Below are positions 40,844 to 56,200 of a DNA stretch of 64,000 bases, piece by piece. This stretch comes from Octopus vulgaris (taxonomy: Eukaryota). Under the pieces are notes generated by a model. That model made no database searches. It saw nothing but the letters and a program-made list of their open reading frames with translations, and was not told the origin of the DNA. Positions within the stretch are counted from its first letter, which is position 1. Every line of letters begins with the position of its first letter. The position numbers and the translations under genes are program-made. The stretch lies in contig OX597829.1 in the NCBI GenBank assembly GCA_951406725.2, positions 21,576,001 to 21,640,000 on the forward strand, read 5' to 3'.

Positions 40844-43331
40844 GCACCCACACATACTTGTCTTTGTGTTTGGCCCAGTATATTACTTAACAATCGGTGT
40901 TGGTGTGTTTACGTCCTCATAACTTAGCAGTTCAGCAAAAGAGACCAATAGAATAAGTACTAGGCTTTAAAATAAAAGTCCCGGTGTTGATTTGTTTGAC
41001 TAAAACCCTCCAAGGCAGTGCTCCAGCATAGCCATAGTCAGTTGACTGAAACAAGTAAAAGAAAAAGGATAAAAGAATATAGAATCTTTAACTAGTCAAA
41101 TCATAAGATAGATGGTACAATTTAAATATTTATACAGTTATATCCCAGAAAGCTGGAATGATTTTAACGTAAGGAAAGGATTGCCATGAGCTGCAGTAAA
41201 TAATGTAGACAAGATATGTAAGTCTAACATGGACAGAAAACTGAAACTTGGATTTTTCAAGACATGTGGAAATTATTCTGCTATCTATCTTAGAAATTTG
41301 GACCTTACCATGAAACCTAGAAATAGAAATAAATGGAATATATAATAAGCTAATGAGAAGAACTTTACCATCAGCTGGAGTGATCATCAATATCAACAGA
41401 GTGCTATTCCAAGGCCTGTCTTGGCTGTCAGACACCGTTTGGCAGAGATGCTTACATTTTGCTTTTCATTGTCACAGAGCTGGGAACCAACTGGTTTCTA
41501 AGCTTTAATTTTGGTCACCATCATAATATAGATGGTGTAGAGGAATAGAAATGAAGTTGTTTCTATGAATACTCAGAGTGAATACTAATATAAACTCTGA
41601 TTCTGAAATCAAAGTCTTGATGGCAGGGGACAAAGACAGTTGGAAGCAGACAGTGTGAGATGTTATGGTTATGTTTACAGATGATGATGATACATACATA
41701 CATACATACATACATGCACCCACATACACCACCACCACCATCATCATCATCATTTAACATCTGTTGTCTATGCATGCATGGGTTGGATGGTTTGACCAGA
41801 ACTGGCAAGCTGGGGTACTGCACCAAACTCCAGTCTTCTTTGGCATGGTTTCTACAGCTGGATGCCTTTCCTAATGCCAATCACTTTACAGAGTCTTTTA
41901 CATGGCACTGCACAGGTGCTTGTATATGGCTGTATTAGCCATTATGGCCTTTCCTAATTTAATTTGGGTAGTAGGTATGATTTGAGGGAAATTTGACTGC
42001 TGTTTCTAGCACATTGAGCTAGAAACAGTGGCCTTCCAATGTTGGCTCAAAGTTAAGATGATTGTTCTTTAGCCCCAGGTCAGGCCTGTTTGAACATATC
42101 TGTGGGGGAAAACTGTTTCTGTTATGCACTAGTGTTGGATGTGGTAGTGGAGGCAGTGGGGTCTATCCCAGGTGACACTTTTATGGGGTAGCACCATTTT
42201 TGGGTCTGCTGTCAGCAATATCTACTTTTTGTAGAGGCCCAGGGGTGGCAAACTGAAGGGCAGCACGTGCTCTAGCTATGCTTGTGCTTCTATGACCATC
42301 ACATCTATTTTTACACTTAAGAAACTGTTTTCTAATATATCCTTTATTTAAGGCAGTAGTGTATGTAATTGAAGGAAATTTGGTGATTGTTTTCAACAAG
42401 ATAAATAAACTAAGTTGAAGCTTCCTTGTTGAATGTCTAGAGCAGTTGGCATACTTTGATGATACTTTACATGGGTAAAGTATTTATTATTAGTCATTAA
42501 TGCAGTAGGACAACAAGTCTCGTTTACCAGAAATAGCTCTCTCTCTCTCTCTCTCTCCCGCCTTCCAAGAAGTAGTTAGTCTAGGAGGTGATGTGAGGCA
42601 TGAGTTACTTAAGGAGAATGTGATAGGTGATAGGAGTGTTTCATTTACATATGTTGATGTACTTACATAAGCTTCATTATGACAAGAATACATTGACTCA
42701 CTATAAAAATGTGCAGTGGGTGCGGTGTATCTACTTTATTGAATGACAAAGATAACAAAAAAATTGTAGTTGCTCTCATTTTCCAGAAGGGGAAAAATAA
42801 TTTTGCTTCAGAAAGTGTTAGGGATTTTTTTTGATGACTTTTAACTTCATCACAATTCTAGAAGGGCACACCTTAGTGCTTATCAGGCCTATAAAAGAAT
42901 ATCTATAGCAGTGGCTCTCAACCAAAAAGTGGTCCTTGAGGGCAGGAGAGATCCATATAAAATTTTGTTAAAATTTATGTGCAGTGAAATATTTTCATTT
43001 TCTTTTTATCTAATTTTTAAAAATATTTTAGTTGTCTTAACCCTTTAGCATTCAGATAACTCTTATCAAATATAATGCTTATTTATTTATGTTGTTTTGA
43101 GGTTATCTCATAGCGTGAGACTTCAATGATGTGATTGTTTATTTTTTAGAATGGCATTGTAAAGAAGTTGTGAGAGGCTGGATATGGCTGGTTTGAATAT
43201 AAAACAGATTGAATATTTGGACTGGATATTACCAGTTTAAATGCTAAAAGGTTAAATAGCAGTTAAAGTTACCCTTAAATTATCCTCTAGTGCTTAAAAT
43301 AAGAAAAAGACACATAAGATAGTGTAGTTTT

Positions 43332-43387
<56 letters not shown>

Positions 43388-46381
43388 ATAAATAATATTC
43401 ATTGCTAGAACATCTGGTCAGACTATTCAGTTGGGGTTGACTCAGAGCTAAACGACAATGATCACAACTGTGTACTTATTTTATGAGCTCCAAAAAGATG
43501 ATGGGTAAAAATTGATCTCAGCAACATTTGAACTCAGATGATAGCAGGATTGAAATTAAATGTAAGATATCTACAGATATCTGTTACATCACTCCTTCTG
43601 CCGCTCCTCTGTATCACATTTGAGACACAGGACAAATTTCCCTGGTGTCCATGCATCATATATGATATACATTCCCTGTGTTTTTTCAGCCAGAAGAGTA
43701 ATTTGGGACTGATGACAGGGAGAGTTTACATTGCTCAGAATGTAAGAAGCAAGGAATCACTAAGTCTGAAAACAGTCACAAACATTTAGCACAAATTCAC
43801 ATGAAAATGCTTTAGACAGGCAAAGAGTTAATAAAAGCATTGGGTCCAAAATTTATCTGTAGAATATTTGTTCTGATTGTTTGTGTTCTGAGTTGAAATT
43901 CCACTGAAGTTTACTTTACTTTCCTGCCTGTTGATAAAATAACAAGTTTCCATTCCAAGGTAGTGGATTGGCTGAACTGATAGAAGGTTGGGTAAAAAGA
44001 CATTTGGTACCTGTTCAAGCATTTCATCTTCTTATGACTCCAATATCAATGTGTATCAGCTCAAAGTCAGCAGCCTTCCCATAGTTACACTAACATCATG
44101 TTGACAGGAGCCTTGCCGGTTATGGCCTAGACATGACTGTGTGTAGGCACAGGTGTAGCTGTGTGGTAAGAAGTTTGAAGGTGGCAAGCTGGCAGAAACA
44201 TTAGCACGCTGGTCGAAATGCCTAGCGGTATTTCATCTGCCACTACATTCTGAGTTCAAATTCCGCCGAGGTCGACTTTGCCTTTCATCCTTTCGGGGTC
44301 GATAAATTAAGTATGCATTGGGGTTGATCTGATCAACATAATCACTTTGTCTGTCCTTGCTTGTCCCCTCTATGTTTAGCCCCCTGTGGGTAATAAAGAA
44401 ATAAGAAAGTTTGGTTCCCAACCACATGGTTCTGGGTTCAGTCCCACTGCTTGACACCTTGGTTGAATGTTTTTTCTACTATAGCCTCGGGCTGACCAAA
44501 GCCCTGTGAGTGGATTTGGTAAATGGGAACTGAAAGAAGCCTGTCATATATATATATATGTATGTGTGTGTGTGTGTGTCGTTGTGTCTGTTCCCCCCCA
44601 ACTGTCACCATCACTGCTTGACAGGCAATGTTGTGTTTGTGTCCCCATAACTTAACAGTTCGGCAAAATAGACCAATAGAATGAGTACTAGGCATTATAG
44701 AAATAAGTCCTGGGGTCAATTTTTTCCACTAAAACCCTTCAAGACACTGCCCCAGAATGGTCACAGTCAAATGACTGAAACAAATAAAAGAGGTAAAAGA
44801 TGCTTCTGCAGACACATGATCAACATTGTCCAATATTCTCCGCCACTGATATTGTTTTGTGATTGGCTTTCTTTTGCCATTTCTGTAGCGGTTCCTGTTT
44901 TATGAGGTTGGATTGGATCGCTTGCCCAATGCTCAACCTTCCTCCATTTTTCTGGGCTAAGGACTGGCATGATGAGATATATGTACATATATGATGGCTT
45001 GTATAGAGAAGACCACAGACAACAGAAGACACTGGCATCAACTTGCTGCTCAATATGCTTGAGAGCATGGGAGGAACTGATACCGATACATCTATATTGT
45101 TGTTATCTCTCCTTATTGTTTTCAGATTTTTTATTAACTGTAAGAAAAATGTCATTTAATCAATGTTTTCCTTCTCACTGCTGGACATTGTGCTATTGAT
45201 GTCAACCAAGGTTGAAATAATAATGGACATCTGTGGGATTTATGTTGGTAACATTATGGCCCATCAGACAACAGACTACCTTTCTTTGTTACAAGATTAA
45301 CCCTTTTGATATCAACCTATCTGAGACTGCCCTTGGCTCTGTTGTACAAGCATTTTGTTTTCAAGAGTCATCATCATCATCATTTGACATCTGCTCTCCA
45401 TGCTGGCGTGGGTTGGATGGTTTAACATAGCTGGTTAGCAGGGAGCTGCCTAGACTCCAACTGTCTGTTGTTTCATGGTTTCTATGGCCGGATGGCCTTC
45501 CTAACACCGACCCCTTAAGAGAGTGTGCTGGCTGTTTTTTATGTGACACTGTTACGGGTGTGTCTATGCAGCACCAGCAAAGGTGCATTAACGCAGCACC
45601 AGCATGGGCACTTCTTAAGTGGCACCAGCACCTGAAAGGACAAGCTTGTACATGTGGAAGACAGTAATTTTGCTTAGCTTGATATGTCTTATCATGTACA
45701 GCAAATTTCCACATCTCCCGGTCCCTTATCATTTCCTCAGTGAGGCCCAGCATCCAAAGATCCTTTCTCATCACTTCGTCCCACATCTGCCTGGGTCTAC
45801 CCTTCCTCAGGTACCCTCTACAATTAGAGCTCAGAACTTCTTTATGCCGAAATCTTCTATCAGAACTTAGTGTTAATTTATGATCCAAACACTAATTAAT
45901 TATGACAAAGCTATTTTAGTAAATTCTTCATTATGTTCAAAATTAATTGAAGCAAAGACAGAGTATCTCAGCAGAAATATGGTGACAAAAGTGTTAAACT
46001 CTCTTTAATATCTATGATTGAGAACTGATAAATAAAAGTGACTACAATGGTAGTGCTCCAGCATGGCCACAACCTGTAGCTGAAAGCAACAAGAGAAACT
46101 GTCATTGCTGTTTAGCTCTAGGCCATTTGTCAAGTCTTCCAGCAGTGACCACCCCACTGAACAATGTAATAGGACTATATTATTTTAATGTGATCTTTAC
46201 TTAAGTTGATAAAGTGCAATTTCAGAGAAATTTGGCTACTATTTTGTCTTTTTTTTTATAAAGACTACTATTCTGGTTTCTCTTTGTATAAAGAAAAGGT
46301 CATTGTTCTATGTTGTCTCAAAAAAGAAAAAAACTATTTTAAATGAAATCATCATCATGCTGATGTTCATAATTTCTTTGC

Positions 46382-46443
<62 letters not shown>

Positions 46444-49400
46444 GTAGGTATGTTTTGTCATTCTTGAATTGTTCTCTCTCTTCCTGCCTCAGTGTACCTA
46501 CCCACTTGTTTTGGGCTTTTTTCCTCACTCTTTGATGTTTTCTTTATTCCACCCACCACTCCTTTAAAAGCTCATTGCACATGCATTGATGCTGAGGTAA
46601 TTCAGCAAAACACATACGTCTGCAATCACATTCTTTTACAAAAAAAAAAAACAAACCATGTGGACATGTATCCTAACCCTAACCCTCCCTTTTCCTATGT
46701 ACATGAAATATGCATAGATGTTCTCTTCTTTCTCTCTCACACACATACAGGTTTATATACACAATTGTATTGCTATGTATTACTGTTCATACACACTGAT
46801 ATATATATATATATACACACATATGCATATGAAGTATCGCACACACACACACGTTTACTCCTCATTTGTTTCATTTTGATAGTTTCACTTAAAACCACAA
46901 CAATTTAACCTTTGCCTTTATTTCTGTAATTTCACACTATTTTTATAGTGATGAATGCAGCAAGTACAGCAACAATTTATTTTTCTGAGCTTAATTGAAA
47001 AAAAAAAGATTTTTTTATAGATTGGATTTTCATTTGGGTTAGCTTTCTTCATTATTTACTTGTAGTTTGTTTTGGCAGTCAATGTGTCTCTTCCTCACCC
47101 AGCTTAATGAGGTTGGCTTAACTACTGTGAAAGGAAGGCTCTGAAGACCGTGTTCATCAGATAACATCCATGCTGACATAGGTTAGATGATTTGGCAGGA
47201 TTTGAGCTGGAAAACTATTGAACTCTAATGCCTGTTTTCTACAGCTGGATGCTCTTCCTAACACCAACCACTTTACAGAAAGTGTGCTGGGTGCTTTTTT
47301 GTAGCAGCAGTACTAGTGAGGTCAGCATATAATGTACAACACAAGGCCCCTTCACTGAATTAGGGTATAGTATTGAAGTGGTTTTGTGTCTGGTGTTGAG
47401 AGGTGAAAATATGATTATGGATTGGTGCAGGTGGCTTGCTACAAAGGAGATACATGGTGGCCAATGTCTGTTTTCTACAGCTGTATGCCCTTCCTAACAC
47501 CAGCCACTCAATGGAATATACTGGGTGCATTTTTTGTAGCACCAGCACTAGTGAGGTTACCAAATAAGTCACAAGACAAAAAATCTCCTTGATTAAGAGA
47601 GAATGTAGTTTAGTGCCAGTTGTTGAGAGGTAAAAGTATGAATATGGACAGGTACAGATATTTTGCTACAGAGGAGATACATGGTAACCTCACATTATAT
47701 AAGGGTAAGTGGGAGTAGCTGAAAAGGAAACAGCGACTATGGTGATGGGGTGTCAGAGCACAGTCTCATGGTACAAGAAGGTGGATATAAATAAGAATAA
47801 AGACAGAGTATTAGGAATGGAGGGTAGTTAAGTTCATAAGAATGTGAAAGGACAGTGACAGATGGTTGGAGAGCAAGGTAGAGGTCAATGTACTGAATGT
47901 AGAACCAAGGCAAGAATGTGGGTGATTGTAAATATCAGTTTTGGGGAGATGAAGGTGACAGCATTGGGGTTAGGGAGGAGGAGGTGATAGGTGGAAGTAC
48001 ATAAAAGTTGGGGAGCAGCAGTATAACTAAACCCATAGAGGGATGAAAAATTAGCATTTGATACAAAGGTCAGAGTTATGTAATAAGTGACAAAGTTGTG
48101 GTGGTGATGGGGACAATGGCAAATATGAGAGGGTGTTATAGATGAGGTATGATTCATAAAATGTAGTTCAGGAGAAAAAAGTGTTCAGTTGAAAATAAAG
48201 TAGGAAGGGATGCTTAGCAGTAGCACTGATTATTATTATTATTATTAAGGTGTTGAGCTGGCAGAATCGTTAGCACACTGGGTGAAATGCTTAGCTGCAT
48301 TTTGACCATCTTCACATTCTGAATTCAAATTCCACCGAGGTTGACTTTGCCTTTCATTCATTTGGGGTCAATAGATTAAGTACCAGTGAAACACTAGGGT
48401 CAATGTAATTGACTAGTTCCCTCCCACCAAATTTCAGGCCTTCTACCTTTAGTAGAAAGGATTATTATTATTAATATTATTAAGGCAGTGAGCTGGCAGA
48501 ATTGTTTCATCCTTTTGTGGGGAAGTCGATGAAATAAGTACCAGTTATGTACTGGGGTCAATGTAATTGATGAGTCCCCTCCCCAAAAATTTCAGGCCTT
48601 GTGCCCATAGTAGAAAGGGTATTTTTATTACTAGACAATGAGAGGAGTGTGATGAGATCTGCAATAGAGATTGTTTATTTGATGGTTTAAACAACAGGAA
48701 ATTGTTTCTAGTTTCTAATTATGTGACATCAAGAAATCATATTGAGTGATAGTTCCCAAGGACCCAACAATAATTAGCACTGTCTTCACCTCTTTCATTT
48801 TCTGTAGTCAACCTATCTCATATTTAAGAGGGTTGTATTTATCATTATTACCTCCACCTTAGTGATGGTAGAGGTATTATTTTCAGTCATGTTTGTTTGT
48901 CTGTGGACAAGATATCTCAAGAACCACTTGATGGATTGAGATGAAACTTTCAGGGATGTTTGGCCTCGTGACTGGCACGGACTGATTAGATTTTGGGATC
49001 AATCCAGTACAGGACAAGGATTCTGGATTATTTGTTATATTTATTTTACTATACATGAAGTATTACGATCTTATGTTGACTTTCAAGTCTTTCACTGATT
49101 ATTTCCCTTTAAAGTATGCTCATGGTTTCCATGTAAGTTATGATGGTGTTGCCGTTTCTAAAGATTTATTTTCGTTTCTCTATTATTAATTTTACTCGCG
49201 TCTCTATCTTAGTAGAAACTGATTGATAAAGAAATCACGAAATCAAACTGCATAAACAAACAACAGCAAAACTGTTCAGAAATTAAATAACATTCAGTAA
49301 CAATAATAAATTTAATTTATCCTTGACAATTTTTAGTTTTACCAATTTTGAATATATTGCTCCTGTTTATAACTTCTTACCTACTTGACAATTGCATTTC

Positions 49401-51031
49401 TAGCTCTGCCTTGAAGGAAGCTTTACTTCTTGGACTCACATTTTTGTGTACAATGATGTTGTTAAACCTCTGTTAACAGCACCATATGCAGGTCCTTTCC
49501 GTTTTCTTTCATGTATGGATAAATTTTTCACTATAGACCTTAATGGTCATAAAGATATTATATTAGTGGATAGACTAGAAAAGGCCTTCATAGAGAAAAC
49601 TGTCCCTGTTCCCACTGCAGACGACACACATACAGCATTACAAGCTCAACCCATACACCCACCTTCACATTCCATGTCTACCAGTTTATTTTACTTAATT
49701 TTCTAAAGCGTTTGGGTTCATTTTTAGTATTCTCATTTGTGAGAGCAGTCGAGTTTATTTCAGATATTCTCATTTTAAAAATCATCTCCAGCTAATCGTT
49801 GAGAGGATGTTGGTGTTGCCTTGGTGGAGGTTTGCACTCTCTGGGTGTTCTTGTTGTTATTATTGGTGTAGGCACAAAGCCACAAGCAAAGTTGACCTAA
49901 GTATGATTGGAATTCTGAAAATAAAGGGACATTGTTGATAAAAAATAATTGTTTCTACACTTGGTACACAGTGAGAAATTTTTATGGGTGGGGTTGTAAA
50001 CAATTAGATGACCCTGGTGGTAAAGTGTTATATGGGTGAGAGACAATGAGAGACTGTTGCCATGTAATCAACATGGCCAGCTGTTACTCTAAAACAGAAC
50101 TTATAAATAGATTAACAATTTTATTGTGCTTAGAGATGTAGATCACTAATTTGTTCTAGATTTCTTTATCAATGCCTAAGTAGTATGCTTATTTTTTTGA
50201 TATGGTGGATGGAACATATATACAGATAACCTGTTAACACTTATTGATCCTAACATAGCTTGAACAAACTCTATAGTTGGTAAAAAAGAACAATGAATAT
50301 TCATGTAGCACAGCATATCATCATCATCATCCTTGTCATTGTTTTAATGTCTGCTTTTCTATGCTTGCATAGGGCAAACAAGAGTGTTTTTGGAATTGAT
50401 AAAATAGTATCTGTCTACAAGCAACAGGGCTCAATATAATTTAAAGTGGTACTCTAGCTTAGCCATATTTCAATAATTGAAAGTAGTAAAGGACTTGTAT
50501 TGATATATTTCAGTATAAATTATTTAATCCATATTTATGGTTCAGACAGGTGTTTTAAAATGCTTTTTTGTTGTTGTTATTATTATTGATTAAAGCAGCG
50601 AGCTGGCAGAATCGTTAGCATGCCTGGCAAAATGCTTTGTGGTGTTTTGTCCATCTTCGTGTTCTGAGTTCAAATTCCGCTGAGGTCGACTTTGCCTTTC
50701 ATCCTTTTGGGGTTGATAAAATAAGTTCCAATGAAATGTTGGGGGTCAATGTAATCGACTTACCCACTCCCCTGAAGTTGCTGTTCTTGTGCCAAAATTT
50801 GAAACCGTTATTATTGATGATAAGGCAGCGAACTCGTTCAACCAGGCAAACTGTTAAAGTGGCATTTCATCCATCTTTATATTTTGAGTTCAAATTCTGC
50901 CAAGGTCAACTTGCCTTTGATCCTTTCTGGGTCGATGAAATAAGTACCAGCTATGCACTGGGGTCAGTGTAATTGACTAGCCTCTCCCCCAAAATTTCAG
51001 GCCTTGTGCCTGTAATAGAAAGGATTATTAT

Positions 51032-51067
<36 letters not shown>

Positions 51068-53198
51068 TGATGATAAATATATGCTTAACCCTTTAGCATT
51101 CACATTATTTTGTCAAATGTAATGCTTCTTTATTCACATTGTTTTGAATTAATCATGCATTCTATCTTATAGTTTTGAGATTTCAATGATGTGATTGTTT
51201 ATTTTTAGAATGACATTGTAGGATAAATGTAAGAGGCTAGTTCTAACTAGTTTGAACATAAAACAGGCAGAATATTTGGGTCAGATATGGCAGGTTTAAA
51301 TGCTGAAGGGTTAAAAGTTTAAGCTGAATGAGAAAGAAAAACTACTATTGCATTGGAAGTTGATAATTCAACATGGACAGAGTGTATGTATTATCAATAA
51401 TGTATTGATAAACGCACACATTTTGACTGTTTCTGGCGTTTTTATATCCCTTGAGTAAACTCTTGAAGAATATGCTGTCTTATTGCCAGAAATTATGATA
51501 TAATTATTATTAATTTGCAACTGTTCAAGAGGACCATTAAACCAAAATGGCCAAATGGTCAATAAATTTGTTTTGCAACTGAGATTTCAGATTCAATTCC
51601 ACTGGATGTGGAATCATGGGCGAATGTAATTTTCAATAACCACAGGTTGACCCAAAGGCTTTGTGAATGAAATTGGGCACATGGAAACTGTACAGGAAGC
51701 CTGTTGGATGGTTTGTTCTTGTAATTTAAAAAGATACAGCCTTCTCACACGCTGTGTCATACTGATTCTGCCTGAGAATTCCATTGAGGGCACATGTGTC
51801 TGTGGAGGCATGTGGCTTAGCGGTTAGAGTGTTGAACTCGTGATCATAAGATTGTGGTTTTGATTCCTGGTCCAAGTGATGTGTTGTGTTCCTGAGCAAA
51901 ACACTTCATTTCCTGTTGTTCCAGTCATCGCAACTGGCAAAAATGAGTAATCCTGCAACAGTCCAGCATCTTGTCTTGTCCAGGGAAAAGAGAATATATA
52001 CACAGTGAATTTGGAAACCAGCCCTATAAATGTATATGACTTGGAAAGGAACTTTATCCTTTTTATATTACACTTGTATAAAATACTCAACCACTTGTAT
52101 TTCAATTCAGGAACACTGGTTTTGGAAGGTCTGCTAAGGCTATAGGCACGAACCCATTTTCACTCAGTGGTTCTCAACCATTTTTCTACCTCTGGACCCC
52201 TTTAATTCCTATAGATATTCAATGTTTAGAAAAGTTCCATTATATTTTTATAATTAAATATTATTAGGAACAGAAGTGAAGGCGTTGGCTCAGTTGTTTG
52301 GGTATCGGGCTCACAATCATGAGGTAGTGAGTTCTATTCCCAGACTGGGTTGTGTGTTGTGTTCTTGAGCAAGACACTTTATTTCATGTTGCTCCAGTTC
52401 ACTCATCTGTAGAAATGAGTTGTGATGTCACTGGTGCCAAGCTGTATCAGACTTTGCCTTTCCTTTGGATAATATTGGTGGCATAAAAAGGGGAGGCTGG
52501 TATGCATGGGTGACTGCTGGTCTCCCATAAACAACCTTGTCCAGACTTGTGCCTCAGAGGGTAACCTTCTAGATGCAATCCTTTGGTCATTCATGACCGG
52601 TGGATGTCTTTACCTTTAACCTATTATTAGGATTTGTATAGAAAAAACAATTGTTGAAATATTTTGTGTATTGTAGAACTATAACCAATTTATTGCTCAA
52701 AAAGTTTAACCGGAGATTCTTACATGGACCCACAAGGGCCATGTGGACCCTGGTTGAAACCCACTAGCTAATGGCTGCAGAAGATCACATTTACCCACAC
52801 TAGGATTGAACCAATATCCTCATGATAGCAGAATGGTTAAATAAATTTGCTTTGCAAACCTTCACCTCTTCCACCAGACTGAACAGAAAAACAAAAAAGA
52901 AAGGAGGGTGGTGTTAAATCTAAGATAATTCTTTCAATATATTTTCCACATTTTTTGAGTTAGTAAGGGGAGAAAAAGGTTACTATACATTTTTGTCTTT
53001 TTCTTATAACATGTTCTCAGAATAACACATGGCTATGTGGTAAGTAGCTTGCTTACCAACCACATGGTTCCAGGTTCAGTCCCACTGTTTGGGACTTTAG
53101 GCAAGTGTCTTCTACTATAGCCTCGGGCCAACCAAAGCCTTGTGAGTGAATTTGATAGACAGAAACTGAAAGAAGCCCATCGTATATATGTATGTGTG

Positions 53199-53244
<46 letters not shown>

Positions 53245-56200
53245 TATGCGTGTATATGTTTGTGTGTGTGTGTGTGTCCCAACATTGCTTGACATCGATG
53301 CTGGTGTGTTTACGTCCCCGTTACTTAGTGGTTCGGCATAAGAGACTGATAGGATAAGAACTAGGCTTACAGAAAATAAGTCCTGGGGTTGATTTGCTCG
53401 ACTAAAAATGGAGCTCCAGCATGGCCACAGTCAAAATGACTGAAACGAATAAAAAAAAGAAAGAAAAAAAAGAATATTATATTGCTTTGTTCTTGTGTTC
53501 GTGGAAGTGTATTTCTTTATGTGTGTGAATAGATTTTTGTATTACTTAGTATTATAGCAATTTGGGGTAAATTATATTATATAATCCACCAAAAACAGAA
53601 TCAAAAATATTTTAAGTGGCATCAAGAAAGATGAATTATTTTGTTTAGAAAAATCTTTACCAAAAGGAGCTTTGGATTTCTTAACTTTGTTACTTTCTGA
53701 TTGATCAGAGTGAAGTCCTGCAGCTAACAGATCAATCAAGCAAACAGGCATGATAAAAAGTAGTGGTACCTAATTGTTGGGTGGTGGATAAGTAATTGAT
53801 TGTAGGGATACACAGTTTATGTAAAAAAAATAGTTTTTAATAATTATCAATGATGAAATCACAACTGTACTATTTTTTGATATACCATTAATGTTAACTA
53901 ATTGTATCTCATTTTACATGACCAAGTTTAATTTTATTTTACCATTTTTTTTCTTCTTATTTTCAGAAATGTGGATTTCTCCCAAATGCAAACAGGTCTG
54001 TGCTTTCGTTTTTATTTTAATACTTTTAGTTTTAATGTTTTTAAAAGTATCAATTAAGCTCATTAATTTTAATATCGCGAGTAATTTCAAGAAAACTAAA
54101 AGTATGAATTTTGTTGTGTCTGGGGGAGAGTCATACTGCCTTACTAACACACTTACCACTTCAATTTCTATTCGTTTATTATTTTCTTTTCTTCCTAAAT
54201 TTTTGTTGCTTTTGCAAACTTGTCAATAGATGTTGACTCTGTCCATTATTGGAGCTGTGTTCCTGTTGTCTTTTTGTGCATCAGTGTGCATGTGTGCTTC
54301 TCTATGCATATATGTATGTACACTTGTACATAGTCACACAAATTCATGCACATAGACACACTTAAGCACACGCGCACAAGGAGATAGAGGTACACACAAA
54401 AATACACGCACTTGCACACAAGCATGCACACACACACACACACACATGAACATGCAGAATACATACAAACTTACACATATGCATACATACAAACATGTAT
54501 ACACACGTATATGCATACTCAAGTACACATGCACACTGGTGCACATGCATGCGCAAACAGACAAAAGGAATCCAGCTCCAATAACAGACAGTAAACATCC
54601 ATTGACAAGGTTGCAAAAGCAATGAAAATTTTGGAAGAAAAAAAGATATGAACAATAGATGGAAATTGAACTGGTGATCGACATTAAGGCAGTATGACTT
54701 CCCAGACACAACAAAATTTGCTTCAACGCACAAATTCACATAAAGAATCTTGTAAAGCAGATAAGAAAACCAAGTAAAAGTATGAAATAAATCTTGAAGG
54801 ATTATTTTTGTATACTATTAGATTAAAGCATAAAATATAACCTATACAAGTTACACTTCACCCTCTTTATTAGAGTTGCCTGTTTTTCATAACTCTCTGC
54901 ACAAGTAGCAGTGGCTGGGGTGATGGTAGTAGTAGTAATGACAACATTGATAGCGAAGGGAGTATTTTATTCTGGGTGATCTCTAAAACTCAAAATCCTT
55001 ATTTTGTTACTTTTTTCACTCTCTCTTCCTTTTTAGGGTTTAATCCACTCCAGGGGCCTCCCGCAGCATCTGCAGCGGCTGCCCAGTTTTATCCTGTTCC
55101 TGCCAGTAGTGCTCAATATGGAATGATGGCTCCTGGAATGTTGGCTGGAAATCCAATGATAGCCCAGGGTATATACCCTGTCCAGGTAAACAATCATTAA
55201 GTATATATATATATATATAATTTTGTCTTTAATTTGTCTGTCCTGTGGATTCTTATCAAGCCATTTCTGCTATTACAGGTAAAAGGAATTCTTCAAATGG
55301 TAAGGTTGAACAAACAAGATATTTAATATGATCTCATATGGTTCGAGTGAACTATGCTTGAATGTAATTTCTAGATGGGAAATTTACTTTTGAGCCCATT
55401 ACTTTACCTCACTTCAAGTAATAATAGTTGCCATATTATGTGCTACTTTTACCAGTGATTAAGGATAGTCATGGCTGTATGGTTACAAAGTTTGTTTCGC
55501 AATCACATGGTGCCAGGTTCAGTCCCACTCTATGGCTGCACCTTAGACAAATGTCTTCTACTATAGCTCCAGGCCAATCAAAGCCTTGTGACGGGATTTC
55601 ATGTAGAAAAGCTGAAAAAAGCTTGTCATGTGTGTGTGTGTGTGTGTGTGACTCATTGTCTTCACAATGTATGACAGTTGTAAATGTGTGTCGTCATCAT
55701 ACAATGTTTTTTTTTTTTTAGTTTTCCCAGAAAGCATGCCCAGTCATGGGGAAATATTATCATGTTTGGAAACATGAAAGACATTTCTCTATTCTTATCT
55801 CTCTTGAGAAAGAATTGGTGGCAATTAGATCGGGAAAGGCATGAGATCATACCAAATTTATACACCCAAAACATGCCACATGTCATCAGGTGTTGAGAGT
55901 TCAGGGCAATCACACACATGCACATGATGTTGTGTGTGTGTGTGTGTGTGTGTGTGTATGCATGCATTGTGTTGTGAATAGATGACACATACTGATGATA
56001 GATGCATTCTAAGTTGGTGACAGGAAAAATATATGAATTAAATGGATCTGTATGAGATGGATTAGATTTTTTGAACATTCAGCTGAACAAACTTAATCAA
56101 TAACAAACTCAATCGGTTGAGATGAAAATTTTTTTTGGGGGAAAAAAAAAATCGATTGTCCTGCTGACCTGTTCAAACAATAACAGAATGAACATATTGA

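Noticed and set aside
41139-41170. Apparent small exon (tacag|...|gtaagg)
   Set aside because: Lies within a decayed RTE fragment.
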